Source of the DNA: an uncultured Thermoplasmata archaeon
Lineage (GTDB): Archaea > Thermoplasmatota > DTKX01 > GCA-020343715
Direction of reading: 5' to 3'
DNA: 64,000 bases
NCBI GenBank assembly: GCA_964353355.1
Contig: CAYGVT010000023.1
Span: 9,482-73,481 of the forward strand
The translations under genes and the position numbers were made by a program. The first letter of the stretch is position 1. Each line of letters opens with the position of its first letter. The notes beneath the pieces were generated by a model, which saw only the letters and a program-made list of their open reading frames with translations, was not told the DNA's origin and made no database searches. This document shows positions 26,441 through 35,094 of the stretch, piece by piece.

Positions 26441-27867
26441 GGCCCTCCCCAGGCCCCCCGCTCCCCCGCAAGGAGGATGGACACCGCGCGGCACGCCCGG
26501 TCGTAGAGCCGCATCGCGGCGGAGCCCGGCCCCGCGACCCTCCGTCGCAGCATCATGGACGTCCTCATCCGGAGGATGGTCCACCTGTAGAACAGCCGCG
26601 GGTACCGGTTCTTGAACATCAGCTGCACGTCCACGCTCTGCCTCCAGGCGGACGCCGTGAGGTCGCGCTCGACGTCCGAGTACAGGCGCGTGCCCTTGAT
26701 GGGGTAGGCGACGGTCGTCGAGAAGCTATCGGGCGCCATCTCGAGGAGCAGCGCGATGGTGGCCTCGACGTCCCGCTGGGTCTCGCCGGGGTATCCCAGC
26801 ATGATGAACCAGTGCTGGTCGATGCCGGCGCTCCTCGTGGCCGCGCTCGCGCGGCGCAGCCCCTCGACCGTGGTCCGCTTGTCCATGGCGTCCAGCACGC
26901 ACTGGCTGCCCGACTCCACGCCGTAGTAGACCTGGCGGAAGCCCGCCGCCCTCATCGCCGACAGGACCTCGTCGTCCATCAGGTCGGCGCGGCACAGCGC
27001 GTGGTACCCCATGCCCAGGTCCGCGCCCCTGATGGCCTCGCACAGCGAGAGGATCCATTCCCTGTCGATGGCGAGGATGTCGTCGGTGAACCAGACGCGG
27101 TCGGGGCGGTAGGTCGCCCCGAGCGAGGCGAGCTCCTCCACCACGGCGGCCACGGACCTCGCCCTGTAGAGGGGACCGAAGATGGGCCGCGAGCAGAAGT
27201 TGCACCCGTAGGGGCACCCTCGCGAGGCGGTCATGGAGGTCGAGAAGTCACCGTGGCGGGACCTCCACGCGCGCTCGTACCGCGCCATGTCCACGAGGTG
27301 CCGCGCGGGAGGGGGGAGCGCGTCCAGGTCCTGCACGCGGGGCCGCGCGGCCGTGCGCGCCAGCCTGCCATCCCGCAGCAGCGCGAGGCCCGCGACGCCC
27401 CTCCACTCCCGCCCCTCCGCGACGGCGGAGACGACCTCAAGCATCGTGAGCTCGCCCTCCCCGAGCACGACCGCGTCGAAGTGCGCGAGGTAGGCCTCGG
27501 GCTCGACGTTCGCGTCGGGCCCGCCCGCGATGGCGACGAGGTCGCGCGAGCGCGCTGCGTCCCCCATCGCGGACGCGTTGGCCTTGCTGAGGAACGTGGT
27601 GTACACCCCCACGATCCCGGGCCGCCACGATTCCATGACGGGCGCGAGCGCCCCCGCAGAGGGCTCGAAGGTCGCGTCGAAGAACCTCACCTCGTGCCCC
27701 GCCTGGATGAGGGAGGAGGCGACGTAGAGCGTGCCCAGGGGGGGATAGAGGTGCATGAACCGCATCTCGTGCCTGTCCTCTCGCAGCACGTATGGGTTGG
27801 CGAGCAGGACCCTCACGACGGCATCACCCCGTCCCGGTGGCGTCGCCGCCGTCGCAGTCCACGCCAC
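26437..27867 (-). CDS. B12-binding-domain radical SAM enzyme (class B-like)
   Basis: N-terminal B12-binding-like segment VLLANPY...LYPPLGTLYVASSLIQAGHEV, then a SRGCPYGCNFCS CxxxCxxC cluster. Alternative GTG start at 27816, just after the upstream stop. Confidence 0.85.
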   Translation of the reverse strand: MAWTATAATPPGRGDAVVRVLLANPYVLREDRHEMRFMHLYPPLGTLYVASSLIQAGHEVRFFDATFEPSAGALAPVMESWRPGIVGVYTTFLSKANASAMGDAARSRDLVAIAGGPDANVEPEAYLAHFDAVVLGEGELTMLEVVSAVAEGREWRGVAGLALLRDGRLARTAARPRVQDLDALPPPARHLVDMARYERAWRSRHGDFSTSMTASRGCPYGCNFCSRPIFGPLYRARSVAAVVEELASLGATYRPDRVWFTDDILAIDREWILSLCEAIRGADLGMGYHALCRADLMDDEVLSAMRAAGFRQVYYGVESGSQCVLDAMDKRTTVEGLRRASAATRSAGIDQHWFIMLGYPGETQRDVEATIALLLEMAPDSFSTTVAYPIKGTRLYSDVERDLTASAWRQSVDVQLMFKNRYPRLFYRWTILRMRTSMMLRRRVAGPGSAAMRLYDRACRAVSILLAGERGAWGGP

Positions 27868-28813
27868 CGTCCCGGGGCAGGTCGTACAGGCCGTAGGGGT
27901 GCTTGATGCGCTCGAAGTAGGTCGCGCGCTCGAGCACGTCGGGCCGCCTGCTCAGGTACATCCTTACGGCGCGGTCGTAGCCGAACAGCGCCCCCCGCAG
28001 CAGCCGCTCGGCCGCGCCCTCGGGCGCGCCTCGACCGTGCGCGCGGGGCCGTCGCGCGTCCGGGTCCGCCGCGTGGCCGTCGTACGCCTGGGGGAACACC
28101 TCCCGCATCCATGCGTTGTCCCCGATGAGCTCGCGGTAGCGCCCTGCCCCCTGCAGGACCTCGCAGGCGTAAAGCTCGTAGGCCATCTGCTCGTCGCGCC
28201 GCCGGAAGGGGCGCGTCTCGCGGTCCTCCCAGACGATGTTCAGGCACATGAAGATGGGGAGCTTGTACTGGTCGGTGGGCCTGAAGCCGATGGCGGCGCC
28301 GTGCCTGAGCGCGTAGGTGCGGTTGAGCACGGTGCTCGCGGCGATGGTCGTGTACTTGCGGCCGTCGTCGACGACCAGGTTGAGGTCCAGGTCGTCCCCC
28401 TCGCAAAGGCCGCCGGTCGCGGCCGAGCCCGCGAGCATCACGCACCTCACCCACGGGCACAGGCGGACGAGGTCGGCCGCGTACGCGACCGCGATGCGCC
28501 GGTAGGCGCCCTGCAGCCGCCCGTTGGCCTCGTGACGGGGGTGGCACCGCTCCACGAACCGCAGTCCGTCGAGGAAGGCGAAGCCGTCCTCGACGGTGAC
28601 CCCCCGCATTGAGGCGAGCCGGCCCTCGAGGGCGGCGGGGTCGACGCTCCCGCCCACCATCATGCGCCCGAGCATCCCCACCTTGGGGTTGTAGCCCCGG
28701 TCCGCCATGATGACGAGCGTGCGCTCGACGCGCGATTGCAGGTCATCGACGTCGCCGTGCGTCGTTTCCATCGACGCCCCTACATCACGGGCCATCCTCG
28801 GAACCCTGGACAA
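27824..28813 (-). CDS. nucleotidyltransferase-fold (Pol-beta-like) protein, function unknown
   Basis: MLAGSAATGGLCEGDDLDLNLVV matches the GS-x9-13-DxD minimal nucleotidyltransferase motif. TTG start at 28813, alternative ATG at 28795. Confidence 0.6.
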   Translation of the reverse strand: MSRVPRMARDVGASMETTHGDVDDLQSRVERTLVIMADRGYNPKVGMLGRMMVGGSVDPAALEGRLASMRGVTVEDGFAFLDGLRFVERCHPRHEANGRLQGAYRRIAVAYAADLVRLCPWVRCVMLAGSAATGGLCEGDDLDLNLVVDDGRKYTTIAASTVLNRTYALRHGAAIGFRPTDQYKLPIFMCLNIVWEDRETRPFRRRDEQMAYELYACEVLQGAGRYRELIGDNAWMREVFPQAYDGHAADPDARRPRAHGRGAPEGAAERLLRGALFGYDRAVRMYLSRRPDVLERATYFERIKHPYGLYDLPRDGGVDCDGGDATGTG

Positions 28814-28837
28814 GGCAGGATGCTAGAGGGTCCCCGT

Positions 28838-28851
28838 CTAATAATCCTTTT
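28838..28851 (-). promoter_or_regulatory. BRE/TATA-like box for the NTase/rSAM/MTase operon
   Basis: The minus strand reads aaaaggattattag, about 30 nt upstream of the 28813 start. Confidence 0.45.
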
Positions 28852-28948
28852 CCCCGTAGGCGTTCGCGCCCCCCAGCGGTCGAGGTAAGGCACATGGCCG
28901 TCGCTGACCGGCGACATCCACTGTGACCGTCCGGTGGCGGCGCCGCCC

Positions 28949-31900
28949 TCACCGGGCGCGCCGCCTCGCGCGGCTCATGGTCGCCCACGCGATGGCGACC
29001 ACGGGCACGACGAGGGGCCCCCAGCCGCCGGGCATGCCGCCGCCCTCGCGCTTGACCGTCCACGACTGGGTGGCCGAGTTGCCCGCGGCGTCCTTGACCT
29101 CGACGTCGATGGTGTTCGTGCCCTCCTTGAGCTTCACCTTGAGCATCCCCGCCGGCAGCGCGTTCCACTGGCCGCCGTTGAGGCGCCAGAGGCCCGAGGG
29201 CGCCTGGTCGAGCGCGTCCTGCAGCACCAAGTCGAGCGATATGCTCGCGGAGGACGTCTTCCCGGGCGGGGCCTTCGCGGCCGTGACCGTGGGACTGCCC
29301 GCGTCGAGGGTGATGGGCACATGGAGCGGGACCGAGGTGACGTTGTGGGGGCCGAGCAGCTGCATCCAGACCGACTTGGCCCCGTCGCCGGCCTCCAGGT
29401 CGAAGGGGTAGGAGGTGGTCTTCAGCGCCTGCCACGGCGCGGCCTCCAGGCCGGCCTCCGTGGAGGCGAGCCTGGCCTTGGTGGGCGCCCCGACCGTGGA
29501 CGTGATGCGGATGTCGATGCGCGCAATCCTCGTCCAGCCGGAGCCGGTGCCGAGCGTCATGTTGCCCGAGGGCCTCGCGGAGGCGTACCAGATGCCGTCC
29601 GAGACGACCGTCGTCCTGCCGGAGGAGTCCGTCAGGCGCACATGCACGGCCTTGAAGCCGTCCGTGCCCGTGAAGGTCAGGGTCCGCGCCGTCGCGTCGA
29701 CGGACGCGCCGCCGTCGAGCACGACGACCTCCGCGCCCACGAACGACGCGTCGGGGGCGAACGCGGCCTCCACGAGCCCGTTGGAATCGGACGCGGACCA
29801 GATGTACGACACGCCGAGCGAGAGCGTGTGCTCGGCCCCGCCCTCGATGGAGACCGACACGACCGGGTCGGTCAGGTCGAGCACGACCGTGTCGGAGCCC
29901 GACCACACGTTGCCCGCCATGTCCCTGACCTCGGCCCAGACGGTGCGCTCCCCGTCCTGCGAGCCGATGTCCCAGGAGAACGTGCCGGCGAACCCGCGCC
30001 ACTCCGCCGACGAGAGGTCGGGCGCGTTGCCCACGCGCATCCCCCCGAGCCCGGAGGCGTCCGTGACGTCGAGGAGGAGCGTGACCACCTGCGACTTGGC
30101 GTAGGGGGCCCCGCCCTCGATGCCCAGGGCGCCCGTGGGCGGCGCGGTGTCGAGGACGATGGTGGCGTCCAGGACGGTCGTGAGGCCCGCGTGGTCCGAG
30201 ACCTCGACGTAGAGGCGCTTCTCGCCGTCCGGCGCCGCGACCGTCCACTCGAAGGCGCCCTCGAACGGGCCCCACGGGACGGCAGAGAGGTCCGGCGAGG
30301 TCGAGTGCCGCATCCTGTTGAGCCCCGAGGCGGGGTCCGAGCCCGAGAGTGCGACCGACACGGCGTTGTCGCGCGTGTGGCTGGAGCCCCCGTCCAGCAG
30401 TACCGTCAGGTCCGGGGGCGTGGTGTCGAGCAGCATGGCTGTCTTGGCGCGCCCTACGTTGCCGGCCGCGTCGATGGCGTAGAGCTCCACCGCGCGCGGG
30501 CCGTCCTGGCCCGCCGAGAGGGTCCAGTCCATCTCCGTGTGGTTCGCGAACGGGGCCAGGTCGGACTGCGTCGTCCCCTCCGAGTTCCACAGCCTCGCCA
30601 TGACAGGGCTCGCGTCCTCGATGTCCACGACGAGGCGCACGTCACGGTCGGTCGTGTAGAGGGCGCCGCCGTCGATGACGAGCCCGACGTCGGGCGCCAC
30701 GCGGTCCAGGAAGATGGTGTCGCTGATGGTGGCGACCCAGCCCATCTCGTCCAGGAGCTGGACGTAGACCGTCTGCGTCCCGTCCACGTCCAGGAGGGTC
30801 CAGTTGGCCATGGGCTCGGGGTCCCTCCACTTGGCCCCGACCAAGTCGGCCCGGTTGGAGATGCGGGTCGACACGACGCCCGTGAGGTCGGCCCAGGAGA
30901 TGCCGAGCTCGACGTCGCGCGAGTTGGTGTGGTCCGCGCCCCCCGCGATGGAGACGACCCCCGTGGGCGGCGTGGTGTCGACGGTGATGGTGTCGGAGAT
31001 GGTGAGGCTCTCGCGTCCCGCGCCGTCCCTGTACTTGACGTGCACGGTGGCCACCCCGTCCGGGTCGGTCCATGCGATGGAGCCGGAGGTGGCGAAGGGC
31101 ACCCATGTGGCGGCTGAGAACGTCGGGTCCGTGGAGATTAGCATGTCCACCACCCCGTGGGTGTCCGCGGCCGCGGCGGCGTAGCGCAGCGCGGTCGAGT
31201 TCGTGGCGTCCGCGCCACCCTCGAGGGTGATGTTGCCGGTGGGGCGGAGGAAGTCGACCCTGAAGGGCATCGTGCGCAGGTAGGATTTGCCGCTCACATC
31301 GGTGGCGCAGACGTAGACGTTGTAGTCGCCGTCGGTGAGGTTGAGGTTGATCGACCACATGGCGGGCGTGCCGTTCACGGGGATCCACTTGCCCGTGTCG
31401 ACCTTCACGGCCACCGACCCCACTGGTATCGTGTAGTCGAACGTCGCCTCGTCGAGCCTCACCCGGAACCAGTCCCTGAAGGCGACGAAGGTGGCCATGT
31501 ACTGGAAGAACTGGCCCTTCGAGCCGCTGTGGTTGAACGCGTTGGCGTAGGACCACCACTCGACGGGGTCCGTGGTCTTGTTGAACCACCTGACGAAGTA
31601 GCTGATGGAGCCGCCCGCGGGCACGGTGGCGGAGAACCTGACGTCGTTGAGCGTGCATATGCCCCCGCAGTCGAACGCCCTTGAGGTGAAGCTGCCCATC
31701 ATGTCCTCGCGGTCGACCTGGAACGCCCCGTAGGTGCGGTCGGTGGAGTTCACGCACAGCATGTTCATGTAGTAGTGCGCGCCGACGTCGATGAAGTCGT
31801 CGTACATCATGTCGTTCGAGTAGATGGTGCCGTCCTTCTTGGCGAGGATGGACGCGCCCGAGTCGGTCCACGTGGTCCCATCGGGGGAGGAGGCCCAGCC

Positions 31901-32830
31901 CAGCGCGTGGGAGCCCAGGCCGCCGTAGCCGAGCAGCCGGAGGGTGCCGGAGAAGGACTCTAGCGTGGTGAAGTCGTAAGAGCCCTTGTTCCAGCCGGTG
32001 ACCTCGCCGCGGTAGAGCGGGTTGGAGGCCGATCCGGTCCAGCTGGTGCCGTCGGTGGAGACGGCCAGGCCCAGGTAGCCCACGGCGGTCGAGCCGAGCC
32101 CGCGGTAGTAGAGCGTGAGGTTGCCAGCCGCCTTCGCGACAGCGCAGGGCCGGACCTCGTAGCCGTCCCAGTCGGAGTCGGTGGGGCCGTTCCCGAGCAC
32201 GGGGTTCATGGAGCTCTTGGTCCAGTTGTAGCCGTCGGTCGATGACGCGTAGCAGATGCCGACGTCGCTGGAGGCTGCCGAGCCCGCGTACCACATCCTC
32301 CATGCGGCGCCGTCCTTGATGACGACGGGCCAGTCGAGACCTGCCTGGTCGTAGGAGTCCACACCGCTGCTGAGGATGGGGTTGCCGGAGTACCTGGTCC
32401 ATTCGATGCCGTCCGTGCTGGTGGCGAGGCCGATGTGGCCCGCGGCCGAGCTCGAGGCGGCCGCGGCGTAGTACATGTAGTAGGTGCCCTGCTCGCGGAC
32501 GAGGTGCTTGTTGAGCAAGTAGAGGTCCCAGTCCGTGCCCGTGCCGGGCCTGAAGACGGGCTCACCGCCGTTGAGGACGGTGAAGTTGAGCGTGGGGCTG
32601 AGGACGACGGAGTTGTCCACGACCACCACCTTCATCGCCTTGCCTTGGAAGAAATCGACGTTGCTGGTGTCCACCCAGCTCGTGACCGTGGGCGTGGTCG
32701 AGCCCGTGAGCGTGAACCCGTTGTTGAGGACGTACGACGGGACCGCAGTGTCCACCGTGAGCGTGAGGGCCATCGCGGGCGCGGCGAGCGCGGAGCAAGC
32801 GAGCAGTATGACGATGAGTCGCCTCATCAT
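28949..32830 (-). CDS. giant surface protein C: signal peptide, Asp-box beta-propeller (glycoside-hydrolase-like), ~8 Ig-like ~95-aa repeats, C-terminal TM anchor
   Basis: MMRRLIVILLACSALAAPAMA signal. Four S(T/P)DGxxW Asp-box-like motifs (STDGIEW, STDGYNW, STDGTSW, SPDGTTW). The repeats are bounded by D(T/L)T(P/A)P(T/D)G...GGA..T. The C-terminus is PLVVPVVAIAWATMSRARRRAR. Confidence 0.85.
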   Translation of the reverse strand: MMRRLIVILLACSALAAPAMALTLTVDTAVPSYVLNNGFTLTGSTTPTVTSWVDTSNVDFFQGKAMKVVVVDNSVVLSPTLNFTVLNGGEPVFRPGTGTDWDLYLLNKHLVREQGTYYMYYAAAASSSAAGHIGLATSTDGIEWTRYSGNPILSSGVDSYDQAGLDWPVVIKDGAAWRMWYAGSAASSDVGICYASSTDGYNWTKSSMNPVLGNGPTDSDWDGYEVRPCAVAKAAGNLTLYYRGLGSTAVGYLGLAVSTDGTSWTGSASNPLYRGEVTGWNKGSYDFTTLESFSGTLRLLGYGGLGSHALGWASSPDGTTWTDSGASILAKKDGTIYSNDMMYDDFIDVGAHYYMNMLCVNSTDRTYGAFQVDREDMMGSFTSRAFDCGGICTLNDVRFSATVPAGGSISYFVRWFNKTTDPVEWWSYANAFNHSGSKGQFFQYMATFVAFRDWFRVRLDEATFDYTIPVGSVAVKVDTGKWIPVNGTPAMWSINLNLTDGDYNVYVCATDVSGKSYLRTMPFRVDFLRPTGNITLEGGADATNSTALRYAAAAADTHGVVDMLISTDPTFSAATWVPFATSGSIAWTDPDGVATVHVKYRDGAGRESLTISDTITVDTTPPTGVVSIAGGADHTNSRDVELGISWADLTGVVSTRISNRADLVGAKWRDPEPMANWTLLDVDGTQTVYVQLLDEMGWVATISDTIFLDRVAPDVGLVIDGGALYTTDRDVRLVVDIEDASPVMARLWNSEGTTQSDLAPFANHTEMDWTLSAGQDGPRAVELYAIDAAGNVGRAKTAMLLDTTPPDLTVLLDGGSSHTRDNAVSVALSGSDPASGLNRMRHSTSPDLSAVPWGPFEGAFEWTVAAPDGEKRLYVEVSDHAGLTTVLDATIVLDTAPPTGALGIEGGAPYAKSQVVTLLLDVTDASGLGGMRVGNAPDLSSAEWRGFAGTFSWDIGSQDGERTVWAEVRDMAGNVWSGSDTVVLDLTDPVVSVSIEGGAEHTLSLGVSYIWSASDSNGLVEAAFAPDASFVGAEVVVLDGGASVDATARTLTFTGTDGFKAVHVRLTDSSGRTTVVSDGIWYASARPSGNMTLGTGSGWTRIARIDIRITSTVGAPTKARLASTEAGLEAAPWQALKTTSYPFDLEAGDGAKSVWMQLLGPHNVTSVPLHVPITLDAGSPTVTAAKAPPGKTSSASISLDLVLQDALDQAPSGLWRLNGGQWNALPAGMLKVKLKEGTNTIDVEVKDAAGNSATQSWTVKREGGGMPGGWGPLVVPVVAIAWATMSRARRRAR
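29040..31260 (-). repeat. in-frame array of about eight divergent ~95-residue Ig-like modules inside surface protein C
   Basis: Recurrent pattern D-T-x-P-P-x-G-x-(V/L)-x-I-x-GGA-x-x-T-x-S...DG-x-x-x-(V/L)-(Y/W)-V...D-x-AGN...I-x-LD, read in the translation. Coordinates are approximate. Confidence 0.55.
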
Positions 32831-32860
32831 TCGACCACGGGGCGCTTATCCGCGGTCCCG

Positions 32861-32890
32861 GTTATAAGACTTTTCAATATGGATTTAAGC
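32861..32890. promoter_or_regulatory. shared AT-rich divergent promoter island (surface protein C / ogt)
   Basis: gttataagacttttcaatatggatttaagc. The minus strand reads aaaagtcttataac ~35 nt before ATG 32830. On the plus strand ttcaatat lies ~19-25 nt before ATG 32895/32901. Confidence 0.45.
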
Positions 32891-32894
32891 CAGC

Positions 32895-33419
32895 ATGCCC
32901 ATGCAGGTGCGGGCGGTGGGAATGCAGAGGGGCACGAGCACCGGGAGGGAGAGGGCGGCCCGCAGGACCCGCCTCGGCGTCATCGCGGTCACGGTGGACG
33001 ATGACGATGTGGTCGCCATCGATTTCGTGAAGGCGCGACCGGGCCGAGGTCGCGCGCGCAGCGGAGCGCTGCACAAGGCCCAGACGCAGCTCGACGAGTA
33101 CCTCGCGGGCCGGCGCAAGCGGTTCACGGTGCCGGTCGAGCTGAGCGGGACGCCGTTCCAGCTCGTGGTCTGGAGGGCAATGCAGCGCATACCCTACGGG
33201 GAGACGCGCACCTACGCCCAGCTCGCCGCGTCCATCAGGCGGCCCGATTCCGCGCGCGCCGTCGGCTCCGCCTGCCGTGCCAACCCCGTGCCCATCATGA
33301 TACCATGCCACAGGGTCGTGGGCAAGGGCGGGAGGCTCACCGGCTACGGCGGCGGCCTCTGGAGGAAGAAGTGGCTGCTCGAGCACGAGGCGCGCGGCGG
33401 GAAGCCCCGGAAGGGATGA
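32895..33419 (+). CDS. ogt: methylated-DNA--protein-cysteine methyltransferase (Ogt/MGMT)
   Basis: PFQLVVWRAMQRIPYGETRTYAQLA...NPVPIMIPCHRVV contains the PCHR active-site motif. Confidence 0.9.
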   Translation: MPMQVRAVGMQRGTSTGRERAARRTRLGVIAVTVDDDDVVAIDFVKARPGRGRARSGALHKAQTQLDEYLAGRRKRFTVPVELSGTPFQLVVWRAMQRIPYGETRTYAQLAASIRRPDSARAVGSACRANPVPIMIPCHRVVGKGGRLTGYGGGLWRKKWLLEHEARGGKPRKG

Positions 33420-33495
33420 GGGGGCGGCCCCCGGACCCTGGGGCAGGGCCGTGCGTCGTGCCGGTCGCGGGCCATCGCGCGACCTGTCCCTGACC

Positions 33496-33509
33496 AACAT
33501 TTAATACGG
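33496..33509 (+). promoter_or_regulatory. TATA-like box upstream of the FAD oxidoreductase gene
   Basis: aacatttaatacgg. It lies only ~13 nt from GTG 33515, so the in-frame TTG at 33530 (giving MRRYIIVGAGVAG) may be the real, possibly leaderless, start. Confidence 0.4.
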
Positions 33510-33514
33510 CAGCG

Positions 33515-34750
33515 GTGGTTCCGACCGCGTTGCGACGGTACATCATCGTGGGGGCCGGCGTCGCGGGCATGACCGCGGCGATGGCAATAAGGAGGCTCGA
33601 TGCCGAGGGGACCGTCACCGTGCTCACCGACGAGGAGCACCCCTTCTACGCGAGGATCAGGCTTCCCGAGCTGCTCTCGGGCTCGGTCGCGGCCGAAGCT
33701 CTCGTGCTCAAGAAGCCCCAGTGGTACGAGCGCAACCGCATCGAGCTGCGCACGGGCGAGATGGCGGTCGACATCGACCCCTCCGCCCGCGTCTTGGTGA
33801 CCTCCAAGGGCGCGAGCGAGCGGTACGACGCGCTGCTCCTCGCGACGGGCAGCCGTGCGAACGTGCCCCCCGTCGAGGGGACGGACAGGCCCTGCGTGTT
33901 CACGCTGCGCACGATGGCCGACGCGCTCTCCATCAGGGAGCGCGTGGGCTCGGGCGGCCGCCGGGTGTGCGTCATCGGGGGCGGCGTGCTCGGGCTGGAG
34001 GCGTCCTACCACATGCTCAGGGCGGGGAACGCCGTCGAGGTCGTCGAGTTCTTCCCGCGGCTGCTGCCCAAGCAGACGGACGCGGACGCGTCCGCGATGT
34101 TCCAGCGGAGGCTCGAATCCCTGGGCCTCGCCTTCCACCTCAGCGGCAGGACGACGGCCATCGTGGGCGACGGCGCCCCCGAGGCGGTCGTGCTCGAGGA
34201 CGGCCGGCGCGTGGCGTGCGACACGGTCCTCATCTCCGCAGGCGTGCGGCCGACCGTCAAGCTCGCGACCCGGCTGGGGCTGCGCATCGGGCGCGGGACC
34301 GTGGTCGACGACCGCATGTGGACGGGCGTGCCCGACGTGTACGCGGCGGGCGACTTGATCGAGCACCGCGGCGTGACCTACGGCATCTGGCCCCCGGCCG
34401 AGAGGCAGGGCGAGGTCGCGGGCACGAACATGGCGGGCGGACAGGCCGTCTACGAGGGCAGCACCATCTCCAACGTGCTCAAGGTCGTGGGCGTGGACCT
34501 GTTCGCCGCGGGCGACATAGACCCGGCCGGCATCAAGCAGAGCGTGGTCGAGCGCGACCCCGCGAGGGGCGTCTACAGGAAGCTCGTCCTGGACGACGGC
34601 CGCATCGTTGGCGCCATCCTGCTGGGCGACGCCAACGACCAGAGGCGGGTGCTGCGCGCAATCGAGTCGGGGCGCGACGTGCGAGCCCATCTGGACAGCA
34701 TAAGGCGGTGGGACCTCGCGTGCCTGGACGAGCACGACGATGGTCGATAG
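33515..34750 (+). CDS. FAD-dependent pyridine nucleotide-disulfide oxidoreductase (NADH oxidase / rubredoxin-reductase-like)
   Basis: YIIVGAGVAGMTAA and VCVIGGGVLGLEAS dinucleotide-binding motifs, plus DVYAAGD. Confidence 0.85.
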   Translation: MVPTALRRYIIVGAGVAGMTAAMAIRRLDAEGTVTVLTDEEHPFYARIRLPELLSGSVAAEALVLKKPQWYERNRIELRTGEMAVDIDPSARVLVTSKGASERYDALLLATGSRANVPPVEGTDRPCVFTLRTMADALSIRERVGSGGRRVCVIGGGVLGLEASYHMLRAGNAVEVVEFFPRLLPKQTDADASAMFQRRLESLGLAFHLSGRTTAIVGDGAPEAVVLEDGRRVACDTVLISAGVRPTVKLATRLGLRIGRGTVVDDRMWTGVPDVYAAGDLIEHRGVTYGIWPPAERQGEVAGTNMAGGQAVYEGSTISNVLKVVGVDLFAAGDIDPAGIKQSVVERDPARGVYRKLVLDDGRIVGAILLGDANDQRRVLRAIESGRDVRAHLDSIRRWDLACLDEHDDGR

Positions 34751-34853
34751 CCTCGCCAATGGGTTCTGACATGCCCCGTTATGAGTAGCACGCCCTTTTT
34801 GGGTATACCTTGAAATAGGGCCGGTGCGTCGCGGGGCTAGCAAGGGTGGTAAG

Positions 34854-35006
34854 ATGCGGTCCATTCAGTGGTTGCACGAGAAGAAGGTCCCGGTCAGGGA
34901 TGCAGAGGAGCAGAAGAAGCTCAGCGAGCACAAGGCCGACTCGCACGACGTGTGCGGGAGGCCCTGCCAGGAGATGCGGTCCTCGCCCATGCGGAACATC
35001 CGGTGA
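34854..35006 (+). CDS. candidate 50-aa small protein with a CGRPC motif
   Basis: ATG preceded by GGGTGGT. The third codon positions are nearly all G/C in this frame. Translation: MRSIQWLHEKKVPVRDAEEQKKLSEHKADSHDVCGRPCQEMRSSPMRNIR. I recognise no family. Confidence 0.3.
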   Translation: MRSIQWLHEKKVPVRDAEEQKKLSEHKADSHDVCGRPCQEMRSSPMRNIR

Positions 35007-35094
35007 GCAGCAGGCACGCGCCAAGGGGGTGGCCGCACGGACGGCGGGCGGCCGATGGGTCCGGGACCGGCCGACCGCTCGGACGGCTCGGGTC

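Noticed and set aside
28949-29050. PGF-CTERM-type archaeosortase signal at the C-terminus of surface protein C (GGGMPGGWGPLVVPVVAIAWATMSRARRRAR)
   Set aside because: The overall shape (Pro/Gly, hydrophobic helix, Arg cluster) is similar, but the conserved P-G-F tripeptide is absent. The other giant proteins have unrelated tails. An HMM test would be needed.
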